From positions 51,212,001 through 51,276,000 of the forward strand of contig NC_088854.1 of the NCBI RefSeq assembly GCF_963853765.1: a DNA stretch of 64,000 nt. Direction: 5' to 3'. Shown here piece after piece: positions 44,342 through 57,683 of this stretch (positions within the stretch are counted from its first letter, which is position 1; the number at the start of each line of letters is the position of its first letter). The notes beneath the pieces were generated by a model. That model was given only the letters and a program-made list of their open reading frames with translations, searched no databases and was not told the DNA's origin. The DNA is from Magallana gigas. Taxonomy: Eukaryota. A program made the position numbers and the translations under genes.

Positions 44342-47300
44342 TCATTCCACGCCATGGGCGAATATCATGACCAGTCCGGGCTCCATAATCAAATCATCGG
44401 GCATGTGTTCGTTTTCGCATGACATCACCACCACAGCTTGCTTTCCTGAATTCATATTTTATAACTTTTAGTTTCTTCACGAATATATTGACATACATAT
44501 ATGCATATACATGTGTATAATATTTTCACAAATTACTTCATATATGACCATTCACACTATTAAAAAAACTCTTTTAACATTAACTAAAAATGTCTGGGTT
44601 TGATAAAAACTAAACTCAAATTTTCACATTTAAATTCATAAACATGTTCAATAACATACAACTCAGATGAGAAATGCAAAGGATCAAACAAACTTTTTCT
44701 ACTATCTATTAATTTCATATCTTTGTTATTTAACTAGCTTGAAGAAGTAATTAAATATAACAAATGTATCAGATTAATTATGACACAAGTATTCATATTC
44801 TTAAAACCCCAATCCCCACACTTTGTGGTGTAAAATGGGGTGGGGTGGGGGTGGGGGGGGGGGGGTGTTACATTTATGTGGTTGTACAGTTTTCCTATTC
44901 CTAGCAGAAACTCAGAACATATATGCTTTAAAGTGACATTCATTATTATAATAGCACACATGAACGATTCATATACATCATGAAACGTAACTGAAGATCT
45001 ATCGATCTGTAGTCTGCTCTGATGGACAATTCTACAATTCTAGTTGCTTGTCATATATGTCCACCTACAGTAATAGATATGCAACTATTATTACTATGAA
45101 ACAATTTTCCAGTGATAAATGTGCGATATCTGTCAAAGTCTCTTCTGAATTTTGGACTAGTTCCATTCTATTACGGGGAAAATTGTCCAAAATTTGACTG
45201 CTTGTTTAGATGTAAACAGATGACTTTAATCTCTTGCCTGCTTCAACATTTACCAATGGGAAATCTTCAAACCCTCCATTACTACAATAGGTTTGTTTTT
45301 TACCTTTACTAGATTTAAATCCTAACTAAATATCAAGTTGTTTTTGAACTGTATTCAGTAGTGATTTATTTAAATCGTACATAAAATTACTGGAAATGTC
45401 TATTGTCAAGTCGTACAAAAAAATCCTATTTATTTAAAAATATTTAATCAAATGACTTGAAAATCTATAGGGTTTGTCCTTTTACCATGCAAAAAAAGTA
45501 TACAAAGTTTAATGAACATTTATGAGAGGGTTTTCTTTGAATTTTGCTAAAAAGCTGATAATGGGCACATATAAATACATACATTCACACACACGCACAG
45601 TAGCAATGCTATATCCCTTTCGCAACAAGTTGATAATAAAATGTACATCAAACACACCTGGAATTCGTTTTGTGACATAATTTTCATACTGTCTTCTGTT
45701 GAGTTGCCTGGTCTCCAAAGTACTGAGTCCATTTGGCCACCGTCGTTCGTGGGCGTTTTCCATCAGCTCATTGACTATGTGGGGTGGGGAGCCACTGTCA
45801 ATGAGGGCCCTCTTGATCACTGCTTGTAACACAGCATCAGGGGTAGAAATCATTCCACCCCACCGTGTCACTCTGGCAGTCTGTAAACTGTTCACCCATC
45901 TATTATAAACAAAATACACCAAATATTACGTGAAATTCCGGAACTCATGTGTAAACTTATACACCATATCCCCATGCCCTTAGAAACTTTATTTGATATT
46001 CAAAATTAAAGGTGAATATCAAAATTTAATGACAAACTAGATGTGACTCGCATTTAAAAGTTTCTTAATTAAGCTGAAAACAAATTTCATATCAACAACA
46101 TATTGCTTATTATACGGATTTGCAAAAGGATTCATATTTGGCCATTAGAGCATCTTCCCAAGTCAAAAGTTTTTGATCCGCTCTGCTCAACATAAACCTT
46201 TGATCAAACAAACAAAACAAATTCGGGTTTACAATCCTGCCATCTAGCGAGAGTACCGGTACTTATTTTTGGAGTTCTTCTTCTGACCAATCAGCAAATG
46301 CATATTAAACCGAAAAAATACAGCAATATGGATGTGCCCATGAACAAGTTGTTCATAGTAATTGAATTCATAGAAAAGATGGGTTTACTTGGACTAAAAA
46401 CTGATGGCAGTAAGTCAATCACTTACTAGTCTTTCTCAAAATCATTTGATAATGGCACAAATTGATCGATGCACAATTAACATAATTTTTTGAAAAAACG
46501 TTTCTTATTGGATCATGCAAACTTTAATGAGACCAACCAGAAAATGTGGTTTCTAACCCCGTCAAACTCTGCCTATTCGGTCAAGGGTTTTTGAGAAGCG
46601 GAGCAGATCAGAAACCCTTGACTTGGGAAGATGCCAATCTATAGATTTAAGTCCAAAGTCAGTTCAATAAGTAATAATACTTATATAAAAACCATCTTGA
46701 TCAAAAGCGTACTCTTGCATCTTTTAAGAAGGTGATATCTCAGTTAAATGAAATTCAGTCTTACCTTAGAACATCAGCATTTTCCATCTCTGATTGTATT
46801 TCTCTCATTCTGGGGTTAGACACTCTCATTGATCTCATATACTCCTGCAAGAAAACATAAGTTTATTACATGTAATTAGTACCGTACTTCATAAACCAAT
46901 GATAGTTCCCAAAGTATGCTCTTGTGCATCTCAACTTAAAATCTTCTTTATTTGGATAACTTAAAGTTTGGGGTTTGTAGATACATGTATCACCTTCAAC
47001 CATATTTACATCCCCCCATCTGACTTTGGTTTCAATATCTGTTTAAACAAAAGATTTTTTTTCACACAGAGATAGTTACCCTAAACTCGTGTCTCAGAGG
47101 GCCATTACATTTATTTAATCACAAACATTGACCATTGTAAAATAGAAAGAAAAAAATTAAACTATGATATGAGCTGCAAAGACCTTTTCAAATGGATATT
47201 TGAATTTGATATCTACATAGAAATACTAGTGAAGCCAACTATGATTATCAATTTGATCCAAATACCCAATTTGCCCCAAGAAAAATGTCACATCAAAAGA

Positions 47301-49082
47301 TAACTCTTGACAAATATATTTTTTTATCTCATGTACCTATTTCTAACTTATTGCAGACAAAATATTTGGCTTTGTACTCAATTCTATAAAAAGAAAAACT
47401 TCCATTTTCTAAAAAAAAAAATTATTTTTCCACCTTTTAATACGAATGTAAAAATTACTTCATATATTTAATTTCATATATTGGAATTGTTTGCAAATGA
47501 ATAAGGCAAATAGAACAAGCTAACATAAACTCTTTGACAGTTCAATAATATCACCCATAACTAGACTCTTGTTGCTATAGCAACAAAAAGGTCTTCCGTT
47601 CCTCATGTATTAATCTGCACAAAAAATCCAGTTATCTTGTAAACAGAAAATGGATACATGTACATTTTGTCTTTCCTCAAAGTTTGGATGTTCATGTTTT
47701 CGTTAGTTATAATATCTCGTTAAAAAAAGGTTTTTATCTAGGGACCGGAAACGAACAAACCGAAGTGATTTAAAAAACGGAAAGTAGATATGTTAGTTCA
47801 TTTACCTACGTACGTTACTGTTCATCACATTGAGTAAAATGTTTTTAAAAAAGTTAAAAGTTTTAAAAAAAGTTTTATTGCTTTTGAACATTTCAATTAT
47901 TAACCGGAAGTGACGTAGGACCCAATGAAACCCGTTAAACACATGTTCAATCAATGTCCATTATCTATATAAGTCTTGATCTATCACAGTTTCTTGTGGG
48001 TACTTTGTTTTTAAAAAAGAAGGCTACCTGAGATATTTGAGATGTCTCACCGGAAGTAGATCTTTTTTTTTACCATGTGTAGATGACTTTTTGTATTCCT
48101 ATAGCTAAAATGTTACTTCAATGCTAAATAACCAAAATATTTTTAAAAATATCAAAATTGGGTGTACTTCTGTGACGACCGGAAGTTACGCCGGATAAAA
48201 CAAAATAGTGTTAACACATGTACATACATAGGTCTATCATCCCACAAAGTTTGGTTGTTCAAGTCGTTACTGTTTTTGAGATCTCGTCGAAATCAGGTTT
48301 TTGGTCTCGGGACAGGAAACGGGCAAACGGAAGTGTTCAATGTAAATTGTATTCAATATTTCTTGTATACTTGCCTTTTGTACATTATTTTTCATTTATC
48401 TAACTAAAATATATCAAAGGAAAACAGTTAAACTGATAAACAGCTCGATTTTTTTAACTCTTCCGGTATGGACCGGAAGTGACGGAAGACAAAATGAAAC
48501 CGGTTAAACACATCTTCAATCAAATGTCTATCATCCATGAAAGTTTCGTGTCTTGATCGCCTATAGTTTCTCAGATCTCGCGGGTACAAAATGTGTTTTA
48601 AAAAAGCTACCTGAGATAATTGAGATATCTCACCGGAAGTAGAATTTTTTTGTTGATATTACATCGCAGAGATTTCCTATGTATAGATTTATTCTTATAT
48701 ATTTATTTTATTGACAAAAAATTTGATGCGTAAACAAATTATTTTTTAAGTGCTTCCGGTGACGACCGGAAGTTATGACGAACAAAACAAAAGTGTTTAA
48801 ACACATCTACAGCTATAGGTCTATCATCCCACAAAGTTTGAATGTTTAAGTCTTTACCGTTTTTTAGATCTCGAGGTGACAAGCTTTTTGTCGCGGGACA
48901 GGAAACGGACGACCGGAAGTGAATTTAGAACATTTTTAATTAAAATCCTCTAGATCTTTTTATTTTCTGTCATTCCTGAAAATTTTATAAAAATCCATCA
49001 AGACATCTCTGAGAAATTCACGAGAGAAAAAGGGGAAAAAAATAATAATAATAAGAAAGAAAGAAAAAACCTAACAATCACT

Positions 49083-49118
<36 letters not shown>

Positions 49119-49924
49119 GATACCAAATTGTTTTGGGTATGTTAATATAAAAATTGACTCTTACTTTTAAAAGCTGTAGTTCCCTTTTTTGTTCACTGAT
49201 ATTTAATTTCTGTTCTGTTAATTCAGTCTGCATTTCTGTCATTCTTGATGCCTGTTGTTGCACTAGATTACGAAGCTCTCGAACACAATTGTGATCCTGT
49301 GTACAAAACCAAGATTAATCAACATGTCTAATTTGTCTATGATAGAGGTACACCATCACATCACAGAGCGTCTATTACAAACAGACAAACCTTTAACTCA
49401 TCCTTGGGAACAACAATCCCACACCCACTCTCACAATGAACGGGCTTTTTGGGATTGTGCTCACATTCCTGTATGTGTGCAGACAGCATGTCTAATTTAA
49501 CTACTGCGGTACAGCCATAGGTGGCATTATCACAAGCGATCTGTAGGCGGGACAGAAGGTTCCTGAGGATGCGGGGGACAGGCTTCAGCTGATTGGGGGT
49601 GATGGGGTTCCGGTCAACTGGACAAGTTGGTTGTCTTGTTAACCATTCCTGTATGCAAGCTCCACAAAATGCATGCTCACATTGTGGGGCCTAAAAAGAT
49701 GTCAAAATTTGGTTACCATGAAAAATTACAATAAAATCAGCACAAGTAGATGGTGAACTTTTAATCAATTCAAAAAACATGTACCAAAACAATTGTTTTC
49801 AACAATACACATTGTTATTATGGAGTATGTCTACCTGCAAGGGTTCTTCTAACACTCCACTACATATGGGACAAACCAATTCTTCATCTACATCACCTTG
49901 AAAGCGATTGAGTTCATATCCCAT
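44342..49924 (-). CDS. RNF41: E3 ubiquitin-protein ligase NRDP1 (315 aa)
   Basis: Exons 49924-49835, 49690-49391, 49296-49165, 46844-46765, 45899-45658 and 44445-44342. RING (MGYELNRFQGDVDEELVCPICSGVLEEP..CEHAFC..CPVDR), zinc-finger region, coiled coil, and USP8-binding domain (ARVTRWGGMISTPD..ENAHERRWP..LETRQ..KRIPGKQAVVV..PGLVMIFAHGVE*). Confidence 0.97.
46150..46634. mobile_element. MITE with ~55-bp imperfect TIRs in an RNF41 intron
   Basis: gcatcttcccaagtcaaaagtttttgatccgctctgc.. pairs with ..gcggagcagatcagaaacccttgacttgggaagatgc. Confidence 0.72.
47559..49117 (-). mobile_element. Complete Helentron-like (HINE) element of a third family in an RNF41 intron
   Basis: Minus-strand 5' hairpin aaggtcttccgtt-tcc-aacggaagacctt followed by (ATT)n. 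3' subTIR aacggaagacctt plus stem-loop ttgttgctatagcaacaa and ctagtt. Internal repeats contain accggaagt. Confidence 0.8.
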
Positions 49925-50372
49925 ATTGCCTGAAATAGAAATCAAACTACATAAGAAATATAAGTATCTGGTTATAAATTTTGACAAAGCAGAGTTTCAT
50001 CTAATGAACATGTACTTTCAAAGATTGGGAACACTGAACATGTTATACAGTGGGACCGGCGTTCTATAATTAGTGTTCCCCGACTCCCAAACCAAAACCA
50101 TACAGTACATCTCAGCACGGACCAAATTTTCTGATGCTAGGGACTTTAGATCCGCATTAAACAATAAAATCTCATGTATGAATCATATCGATGCTCCAAG
50201 GAGTATAACAATTGAAGAATGCAATTTAATCAAATCAGTTTCATTTTTTAATAAGAACTGATAAACTAAAACTTAATACCAAAAGAATAAAGTGCGTGTA
50301 AGATTATGAATGTCGCTTACTCTTAAGACATAAAAACGTTAAATATTTATTGACTAAACGCACCTTAATCAC

Positions 50373-50854
50373 CTCGTATTTATAATTTCAATAAACACAT
50401 CTTCTACATTTTCCTTGCAAATTCCGAAAATAACTACTTCCTCCAGCGAATTTGCACATGCGTCATACGGCACTTCAGGCCTATAGTTGACGATAATATT
50501 TAAAAGATTAATTTATTTATACTAAGCTTAAACATTTAAATTTAATTCAATCTGTATCTCATCTGGTAATTATTAATTATTAAAATCACAATTACTTGCA
50601 TTCACAATGAATGGTTTTCATATTTAATATTATAATAATTTTTTTTTTAATATTCCTTTCCCCCTTTTAGTAGAAACTGAAATAAACATATCTTGATCAT
50701 TGAAACGTTTTACCAAAATCGCTAAGAGCTTATGTAATTAAACAGAACCACAACACTGAGCGTTTCCAAAACATGACATGTCAAGTCCAATCAATTTAGA
50801 ATAAATATATTGCGCAAATCAGTTTTCTGCAGTGAGTTGGATTATACGATACAG
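50373..50854. promoter_or_regulatory. Putative bidirectional promoter and 5' UTR exons shared by RNF41 (-) and the four-repeat gene (+)
   Basis: Both start codons sit just after splice acceptors (49930 on -, 51110 on +), so non-coding first exons are implied. Candidate donors are GAG/gtgatt at 50373 (-) and CAG/gtattg at 50854 (+). This is inference only. Confidence 0.4.
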
Positions 50855-51112
50855 GTATTGCTTATAGTTTGGTAGATGATCTGAGTAAATGTTACTATAG
50901 TTAATTCAAATTTATAGAAGCATCTTTTTATTATATTTCTGTATTTATAAACAGTCAACAAGCAGTAAAAATCTGATTACATGAGAGCTGAAAGATTGAT
51001 AATGTTACTAATCCTTAACAATTTTATGTCTTATTTCAGTTGGATTTTTTTTTAATTTGTAAATGAAAACCAATCTCTAATTATCTCAATTAATTTTAAT
51101 GTACATGTAGTC

Positions 51113-54100
51113 ATGGCAAGTAATGAAGTACCAATTCAAGAGGAGGTGAAAGTGTCTGAAGAGAAATCAAACTCATCTGTGAAGGATAAGCAGGAAGAAA
51201 TTTCAGTTGTACCCTCACAAACACCTGCAGAGATTCCAATGCAAGACATGAAGAGTTCAGAAAACGGAGCCTTTTCCATGGATGAAGGACACCAGGATGA
51301 ATGTATTCCAGCAATATCATACCATGATATTCTTCCTGAGCTTCTGTTAAGAGCAGAATCCAAAGAAACTGCACCACAGTACTCAAGATTTGGGTAGTTA
51401 ATTTCTATGATATGTAGTTAATTCATGATTGGTCAACATAATTTAAAATTTAGAGTAGGCTTATGATTGGTTTTATATATACGTCTGGTGTGCAACCAGT
51501 TCTTGCCAAGTACCATTTCTTGCCTCTGCATTGTATCATCATTTCATCAGCACATAATATGTAAACGGTGTGACCGTTGGACCGAGTGCAGATTTAACAC
51601 AGTGCAGTTTGATTTTTGTAAAATAAAATCTATTTAAAACGCACACAGTGGGATCCGCCAGCATGGTCATTCGTTAAAGTTAAACTAAACGTCGCGTGCT
51701 CAGTCTATATTATGACGTCATATTTCAGACGTAAAACGTCTTCGGAAATAGCCGAAGAGACTTACGTGATTCCGATTTTTTTTTTTATTTCTTCTTTCAT
51801 TTTTCATCAATTTAATTTATATGAATGCCAATGTAATAAAATTGAATACTTTATTCAGAATCTTAAAGATCAGTTCTTTGACGTCAATGTTTTTATTTTC
51901 CATCCGATAATTTGATAAGACATACATAGAACAAGTCGTGTTTCTTGATTATAGCACAATTGAAACTCATCTGGTTTCCTTTTTAATTTCTTTTTATTCA
52001 AATTACCTTCTATTGAAACACTGGAACTTATTAAATCGAGTTTAGTGGCAACAAACATCGATAAGTACCAATCAATCAATGATCGAACTAACTTTTTAAA
52101 AACAAAATGGCTGCCAATATGGCGGCGCCCAGGGCTGGAAGAAAATTTTTTTGGCCTTAGTACCCCTGATTCAACTTTCATTTTTCACTGATTTTCTTAT
52201 ATATACGTGTTACCATAAATCCTCGCTACGCGAGGCGGGCTTCGCCCGCCTCTCGCTGCGCTCGGTAAAATTATATACACAATGCACTGGCGAGAAATGG
52301 TACTTGGCGAGATCCGGTTGCACGCCAGTAAATTAATTTGAATTCACCAGCTTTTTTAATTTTTACATTATTGTTAGGCTTAGTATTACAATTTATAATC
52401 AGTTTATATAAATAGAAGTTTTTGTATAGGTTAAAAATTTTCTTTCCCATTTTGGAAATAAAAATATTGCTCTGTAAACTGCATCTGGGCTGTCATAATA
52501 TGCCCATGAAAACTATCATAAATTTTAAAAAACTCTGTGCATGTTCATATTAAATGTTATTATTTTTGCCAGGACCCTGATAGAAAAAGCAAACCAATGG
52601 TTGAAAGAAAACCCAGAAAGAATGTTGTGGAAATGTGAGACAGTTATAATGAAGCTGAAATCAGAGGACGAAGTTGATACAGAAAGTGTGTACTATATGG
52701 AATCTGCCTATGGCACCAATGTTTTCCTAATGGTACTTCGGTGAGTAAAATGATAAGGGATATAAAAATCATAAACACGAAGCTGTTTGATCTGAATGTA
52801 TAACATACTTATGTACTTAGATGAATTCATTTCATTTATGAATACTAAAAAGTAAGCAAAATGCATTAGGTCTTCAGAACGAGATTATAAAAAGGTTTTT
52901 TAATCAGATAATTTTTATGCAAAATACCTTAAGAAAACAAAAAATGCTGAGAATTTTAAGGCCTGACTATGTAAATGGGTAAGAGATGATTTCTGAATCT
53001 AAATTCTTAGATATTGATCAAGCAACTTTTAGATGCATTTTCAAATATTACTGAATTGATGAGTTTTCCATGACATAACATACAGTAGGACTTACTGTTC
53101 ATTTCATTCATGTATGACAAAACAATGATCCATTTCTTTATTTGAAAGGTTATGGCTTGTACCAAGACCTTCCCCAGACATTCCTGTAGGAGAGATCGGT
53201 TACACATCAGCTTTACCAGGTCGACAGACTTCCATAATGCAGGGTCAATACGAGTCAAATATTCAAGTATCTGAAGGAGTCAGGTTGCCAGAAATGATCA
53301 CAAATCTAAACAAACAAATGATGAAAAGTCCCTTACCAGGTTTGTAACAGAGAGTCAGCCCTAGCTTGCAAAGTTCCAATCAAACAAACACATAACTTCT
53401 ATAGGTATAAGTCAAGGTTTAAATGTTGTATACCTATTTTGTTTTTTCAGGTAGTATTTTGAATATGGAGACAGTGATTTATAGGGTTTCTACAAACTTT
53501 GGTGAGATACTGTCAGTGGATCCAGATGAAACATGCTGGGCTGAAAATGGGTCAAAGGCAAGGGCTTTTGTTCATGGCTTGAGAATCTTCTACATTGTTG
53601 GAAAACCTCAATATTGTACTATTGGTGAGTAAAGAGAAATTAAGTACCATATACACTGTATTGTACTTGATGATATTTATACTTCATTTTTATGGCTGGT
53701 TGTTTTATCAAATACCGGTACTTCAAAACATAGGTTTCCATGACGAGCAACCTGATATTGCTGATAACTCCTTTGGAACATCATTCAAGTTTCTGCCCTT
53801 CAGGAGAGCTGTAGCCAAAATGGGAATATGGCTAAGAAAGCAGCGGGTAGTTATTGCTTTATTTTACTTTTTTAAAATAAATCACACTTAATTTTTTTTT
53901 TTTGTATAAAATAAACAGTGCATAGTTTCAATCTAATACAGTATACTGATCATCTATCAACAGAACATCAGAATGCTGAACTTGCAGACAGTCAATGTGA
54001 GATGTGGACTCGACTCAAAAGGTAAATACAACAATCAAAAGATCAAAAACAAAAATCATCCTAATATGCCTTACTGGTATTGATATACTCTTCACTTTTA

Positions 54101-55382
54101 CCATCTGTTAACAAACGATAACGAATAATGTATTTTAACATCTTCTATTTTTATTTTTACAGGATTTATCAAAATTGAACATGAAGAGTGTAGTTCCTCA
54201 GAGCCAGCACATGTAGAAACAAGGTACTGCAAAATCCTGCGCACATTTTACCAGGTCAACTCCTCCAAATCTGACGAAAGTCCTTACCAGTCCCTCAAAA
54301 TCTCCACCAGACTTTTTGTACCTGTCAGAGTGTATAGTCGTGACTTCGAATCCTGGTCAAAGACAATGATGAGATTAAATAAATGGATGAATTACACAAG
54401 TAAGCAAAACAAACATACATGTACTTTAATTAGCGGCATAGTTGATAATTTATATACAATTACTTTACAATCGATATCTGATGTATATCTATGGGTATTT
54501 TAAAAACTGATTGTGTTTTTATACAGAGGTTCCCCCATTTGGTGTAGAGACCGTGCAGTACCAGTTTTATATTGACGGCGACAGTACCCCCACCCTGGAG
54601 GACAAGGTGGAGAACTCAGTCAGGCGTAACCTGGGCCGCTACCACCTGTCTACAGTCAGGTACCACTAAATCTTTACTATCATGAACGCTAGCTCTTAGT
54701 TGATGGTTTTAGGATAAGGTAGAAGGAATAGTTTTTCTCTAAATTGATAAAGAATAATTTGTTAGTTAAGAGTCACCAGAAATAGCCCCATGTATCTTGA
54801 TTTATAAACACTAAAAAGAGGACATCTGCCTGTACCAGCGTGGACATATTTAGTGAACAGTTCAGTCAGCTTTTTAAACATACCGATGCAGCCTTATACT
54901 ATCATGATCATTAGATCCTACACAGGTGTAGATACTTCTGTACAGGTAACAAGGCAAGCTTAATACCTATGTACTCCATGGTAACATGATTATTATGAGA
55001 CGTTGCTAGGAACTATTTTCATTGTCTTTGATATTAATGAAGATCAAATGTCAATTTATATATGCATGAAAGTAGTTATTCAACATGTATGCAGGTTTGC
55101 AATATTAGGTCTTGCAAGTTTAAAGCCTGTATTTGTTGAAGTCCAGATAGAACTAGATATGATATAAATTGCCATCAATGACTATTTTTCATATTATTTT
55201 TTGTATGTTCCAGTATAGATTCATTGCTTACCTTATGGGTGACTGCTTATTAAGATTTAATATGATTGTATTGTTTGGTTTTAAGGATGTATTTCCCATC
55301 CGAGTTTGAGGAACCACCAGTGGAGGTTTCCCCAGAAGTGGACGCAGGTTATTATTCATCCTGGGGATGCTCCATCTCATAA
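51113..55382 (+). CDS. Unrecognised 483-aa protein with four ~90-100-aa internal repeats and a C-terminal CaaX motif
   Basis: Phase-consistent exons 51113-51393, 52573-52740, 53149-53339, 53451-53624, 53734-53846, 53964-54021, 54163-54399, 54527-54659 and 55286-55382 (1,452 nt). Ends ..GYYSSWGCSIS*. Confidence 0.85.
51485..52328. mobile_element. Non-autonomous TIR element (~50-bp TIRs) in intron 1 of the four-repeat gene
   Basis: ctggtgtgcaaccagttcttgccaagtaccatttcttgcctctgcattgtat pairs with atacacaatgcactggcgagaaatggtacttggcgagatccggttgcacgccag. An internal GC-rich hairpin lies at 52234-52250. Confidence 0.78.
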
Positions 55383-56636
55383 ACCAGACTGACCACAGTG
55401 ACTAAACAAAAAGCCAAATGATTTCAATTATTGAATCAATAGATTGTGGCGTACAGACTGCTATTGTAATTTCTTTTGTATATTTTCTCCAGTTTTTTAC
55501 ATTATGCAAAGATTTATTGAATTAAGGTATCAATATTATTAATAACAATAAGATACCTGGCCCTTTATAATATTGTTTACCTCACTTGACAAACGGAGGA
55601 TTTACTGTCACAGGTTGTAACTCACTTATTTTTTGATATTTTATTTGTTATCTCTGAGAGATGTGTGAACATATGTGACTAAATATGGCTATTACTTGTC
55701 CATTTTGAGGCTGGAGTTGCCTGTATTTAGTACTCTTTAAGGTTTCTCAGGATAAAATTGTTTTCAGGCTGTGAGTGTGTGTGTTTTTTGAAGTGAAAGA
55801 CTGATGTTTGCATGACGACAGATACTATTGTCTTGAGAGAAAGAAAGGCTTACCCAGGGGAGAAGGGGAGGGTTTTTAATTTGTTGTGCAATGACAGAAG
55901 TGTTCAGCATCAAGTACTATTAAAAAGATATTGCTCATGGTTTGATATTTACAGAAGCATTTTATTTGTATTCATTGCTACTTTTTTACTGTTACAATTT
56001 AGCCTTTATTCTACAGAGATGATGATTTACTGAATTTCCCTTTTTTAACTTCAGATTATTAAGAAGAAATCAAATTCCTGCTTTATTGATTATTATTGTG
56101 AATTTTACATTTACACTGTAAAATGATCTTTTCTATATGTAGTAGTGTAGCCTCTCATTGGTTTTGTTAAATGTTGATATATAAAGATTTATTTATTTTT
56201 TTGTAACTAATAAAATTATATATACATTGTACATCATTTTATATAGAATAGATCATTTTGTATTTTTTGATAGGCATAAAACACTAAGTCTTGTACATTT
56301 TGGTTTTTTCCTGATATATTTGCTTATTTCTTTTTGTATTCATCTGTGTTTTGTTACATACATATCATTTATATGTTTGTCTATATAGTGATTTTCTTCT
56401 CATTTTATACATGCATTACTGCTAAGAAAGTAGAGACAATTCCTGTTGAAATTTGACATTTTGTCAGTAGATCCAAACAATTTCGTCCATTTCTGTCAAT
56501 CCGCCCAATTTTTATGTGATAATGAGAATTATTCATATGTATTGTATTTATTAACCTTTTTGAATTTGTACTTTTTTTCTATCTTTAAATAAACACATTC
56601 CTTCCTATTTGTCTGTATATTTGTGAAAGTTAAAGT

Positions 56637-56672
56637 AACAAGAGGCCCCTGGGCCACATTGCTGAGCTGAGT
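56637..56672 (-). mobile_element. Isolated HINE 3' end
   Basis: aacaagaggcccctgggccacattgctgagctgag is the reverse complement of the terminal motif seen at about 28880-28915 and 23420-23443. Confidence 0.6.
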
Positions 56673-56998
56673 AACAGTTTACAACAAAATTTATTTATCC
56701 CTTTTTAATTTTCTTTTTTAAACTATGAACTCCTATTGTAGGAACACAGGGTTTCATGATATAACAATTTGAATTTCTGTAAGAATTCTTGTGTCTTTAC
56801 AAGCTTTAACCCTTGAGATTCATGATTAGTATTACACTGTTTCCCCATATGTATTCCAATTAACAAATTTCACACCTCTGTAGCCATTCATTGATTGTGT
56901 GGTCATACGATTCTTCAAAAGATGAACCTCAGAGGGCTTGATGGTTGCGGCCATTTTTAGATCCAAGAATCAAGATAATTCCAAATTCAAATAATACT

Positions 56999-57540
56999 CT
57001 GATATAAGGATATGATTTAAAATTTTAGCCCCCCCCCCCCCTTCCCTGCTTGATGTTATAAGAAAATGTATTTTAATAAATGTGACCGTAAAAAAATTGA
57101 ATGAAAATCATTGCAATTAAACACAAAAAAATATTTTAAATTTTATTTGGTATGAAAGTTCCTCAGGTAAGAGTTATCGTTCCTAAGTGTCAAGGCCCAA
57201 ATACCTTGGGGACTTTACATTTCTGAGTTGAAGAATTTCCTAAATGTCATGTTAGAATAATAAATACATCTGATATAAGGATATGATTTAAAATTTTAGC
57301 CCCCCCCCCCTTCCCTGCTTATTGTTATAAGAAAATGTATTTTAATAAATGTGACCGTAAAAAAATTGAATGAAAATCATTGCAATTAAACACAAAAAAA
57401 TATTTTAAATTTTATTTGGTATGAAAGTTCCTCAGGTAAGAGTTATCGTTCCTAAGTGTCAAGGCCCAAATACCTTGGGGACTTTACATTTCTGAGTTGA
57501 AGAAAATTTCCTAAATGTCATGTTAGAATAATAAATACAT
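56999..57540. repeat. ~271-bp near-perfect tandem duplication
   Basis: ctgatataaggatatgattt..aataataaatacat at 56999 and 57270. The copies differ by small indels (poly-C length, gaagaatttcc versus gaagaaaatttcc) and one substitution. Confidence 0.9.
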
Positions 57541-57683
57541 ACATATTTCATTATAGGCCTATATAAGTGAATACATTCGCTTTAATGCAAAACAAAGTCA
57601 AATAAAGAAAGGGGAAAATTAACTAACAGGATCTTAGTATCCCAACTTGAGAGAAATTCAAAGCCACCCTCCCATCCCCTTAT

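Noticed and set aside
45641-45908. Alternative-frame and plus-strand ORFs over the RNF41 exon
   Set aside because: They are shadows of the conserved RNF41 coding exon.
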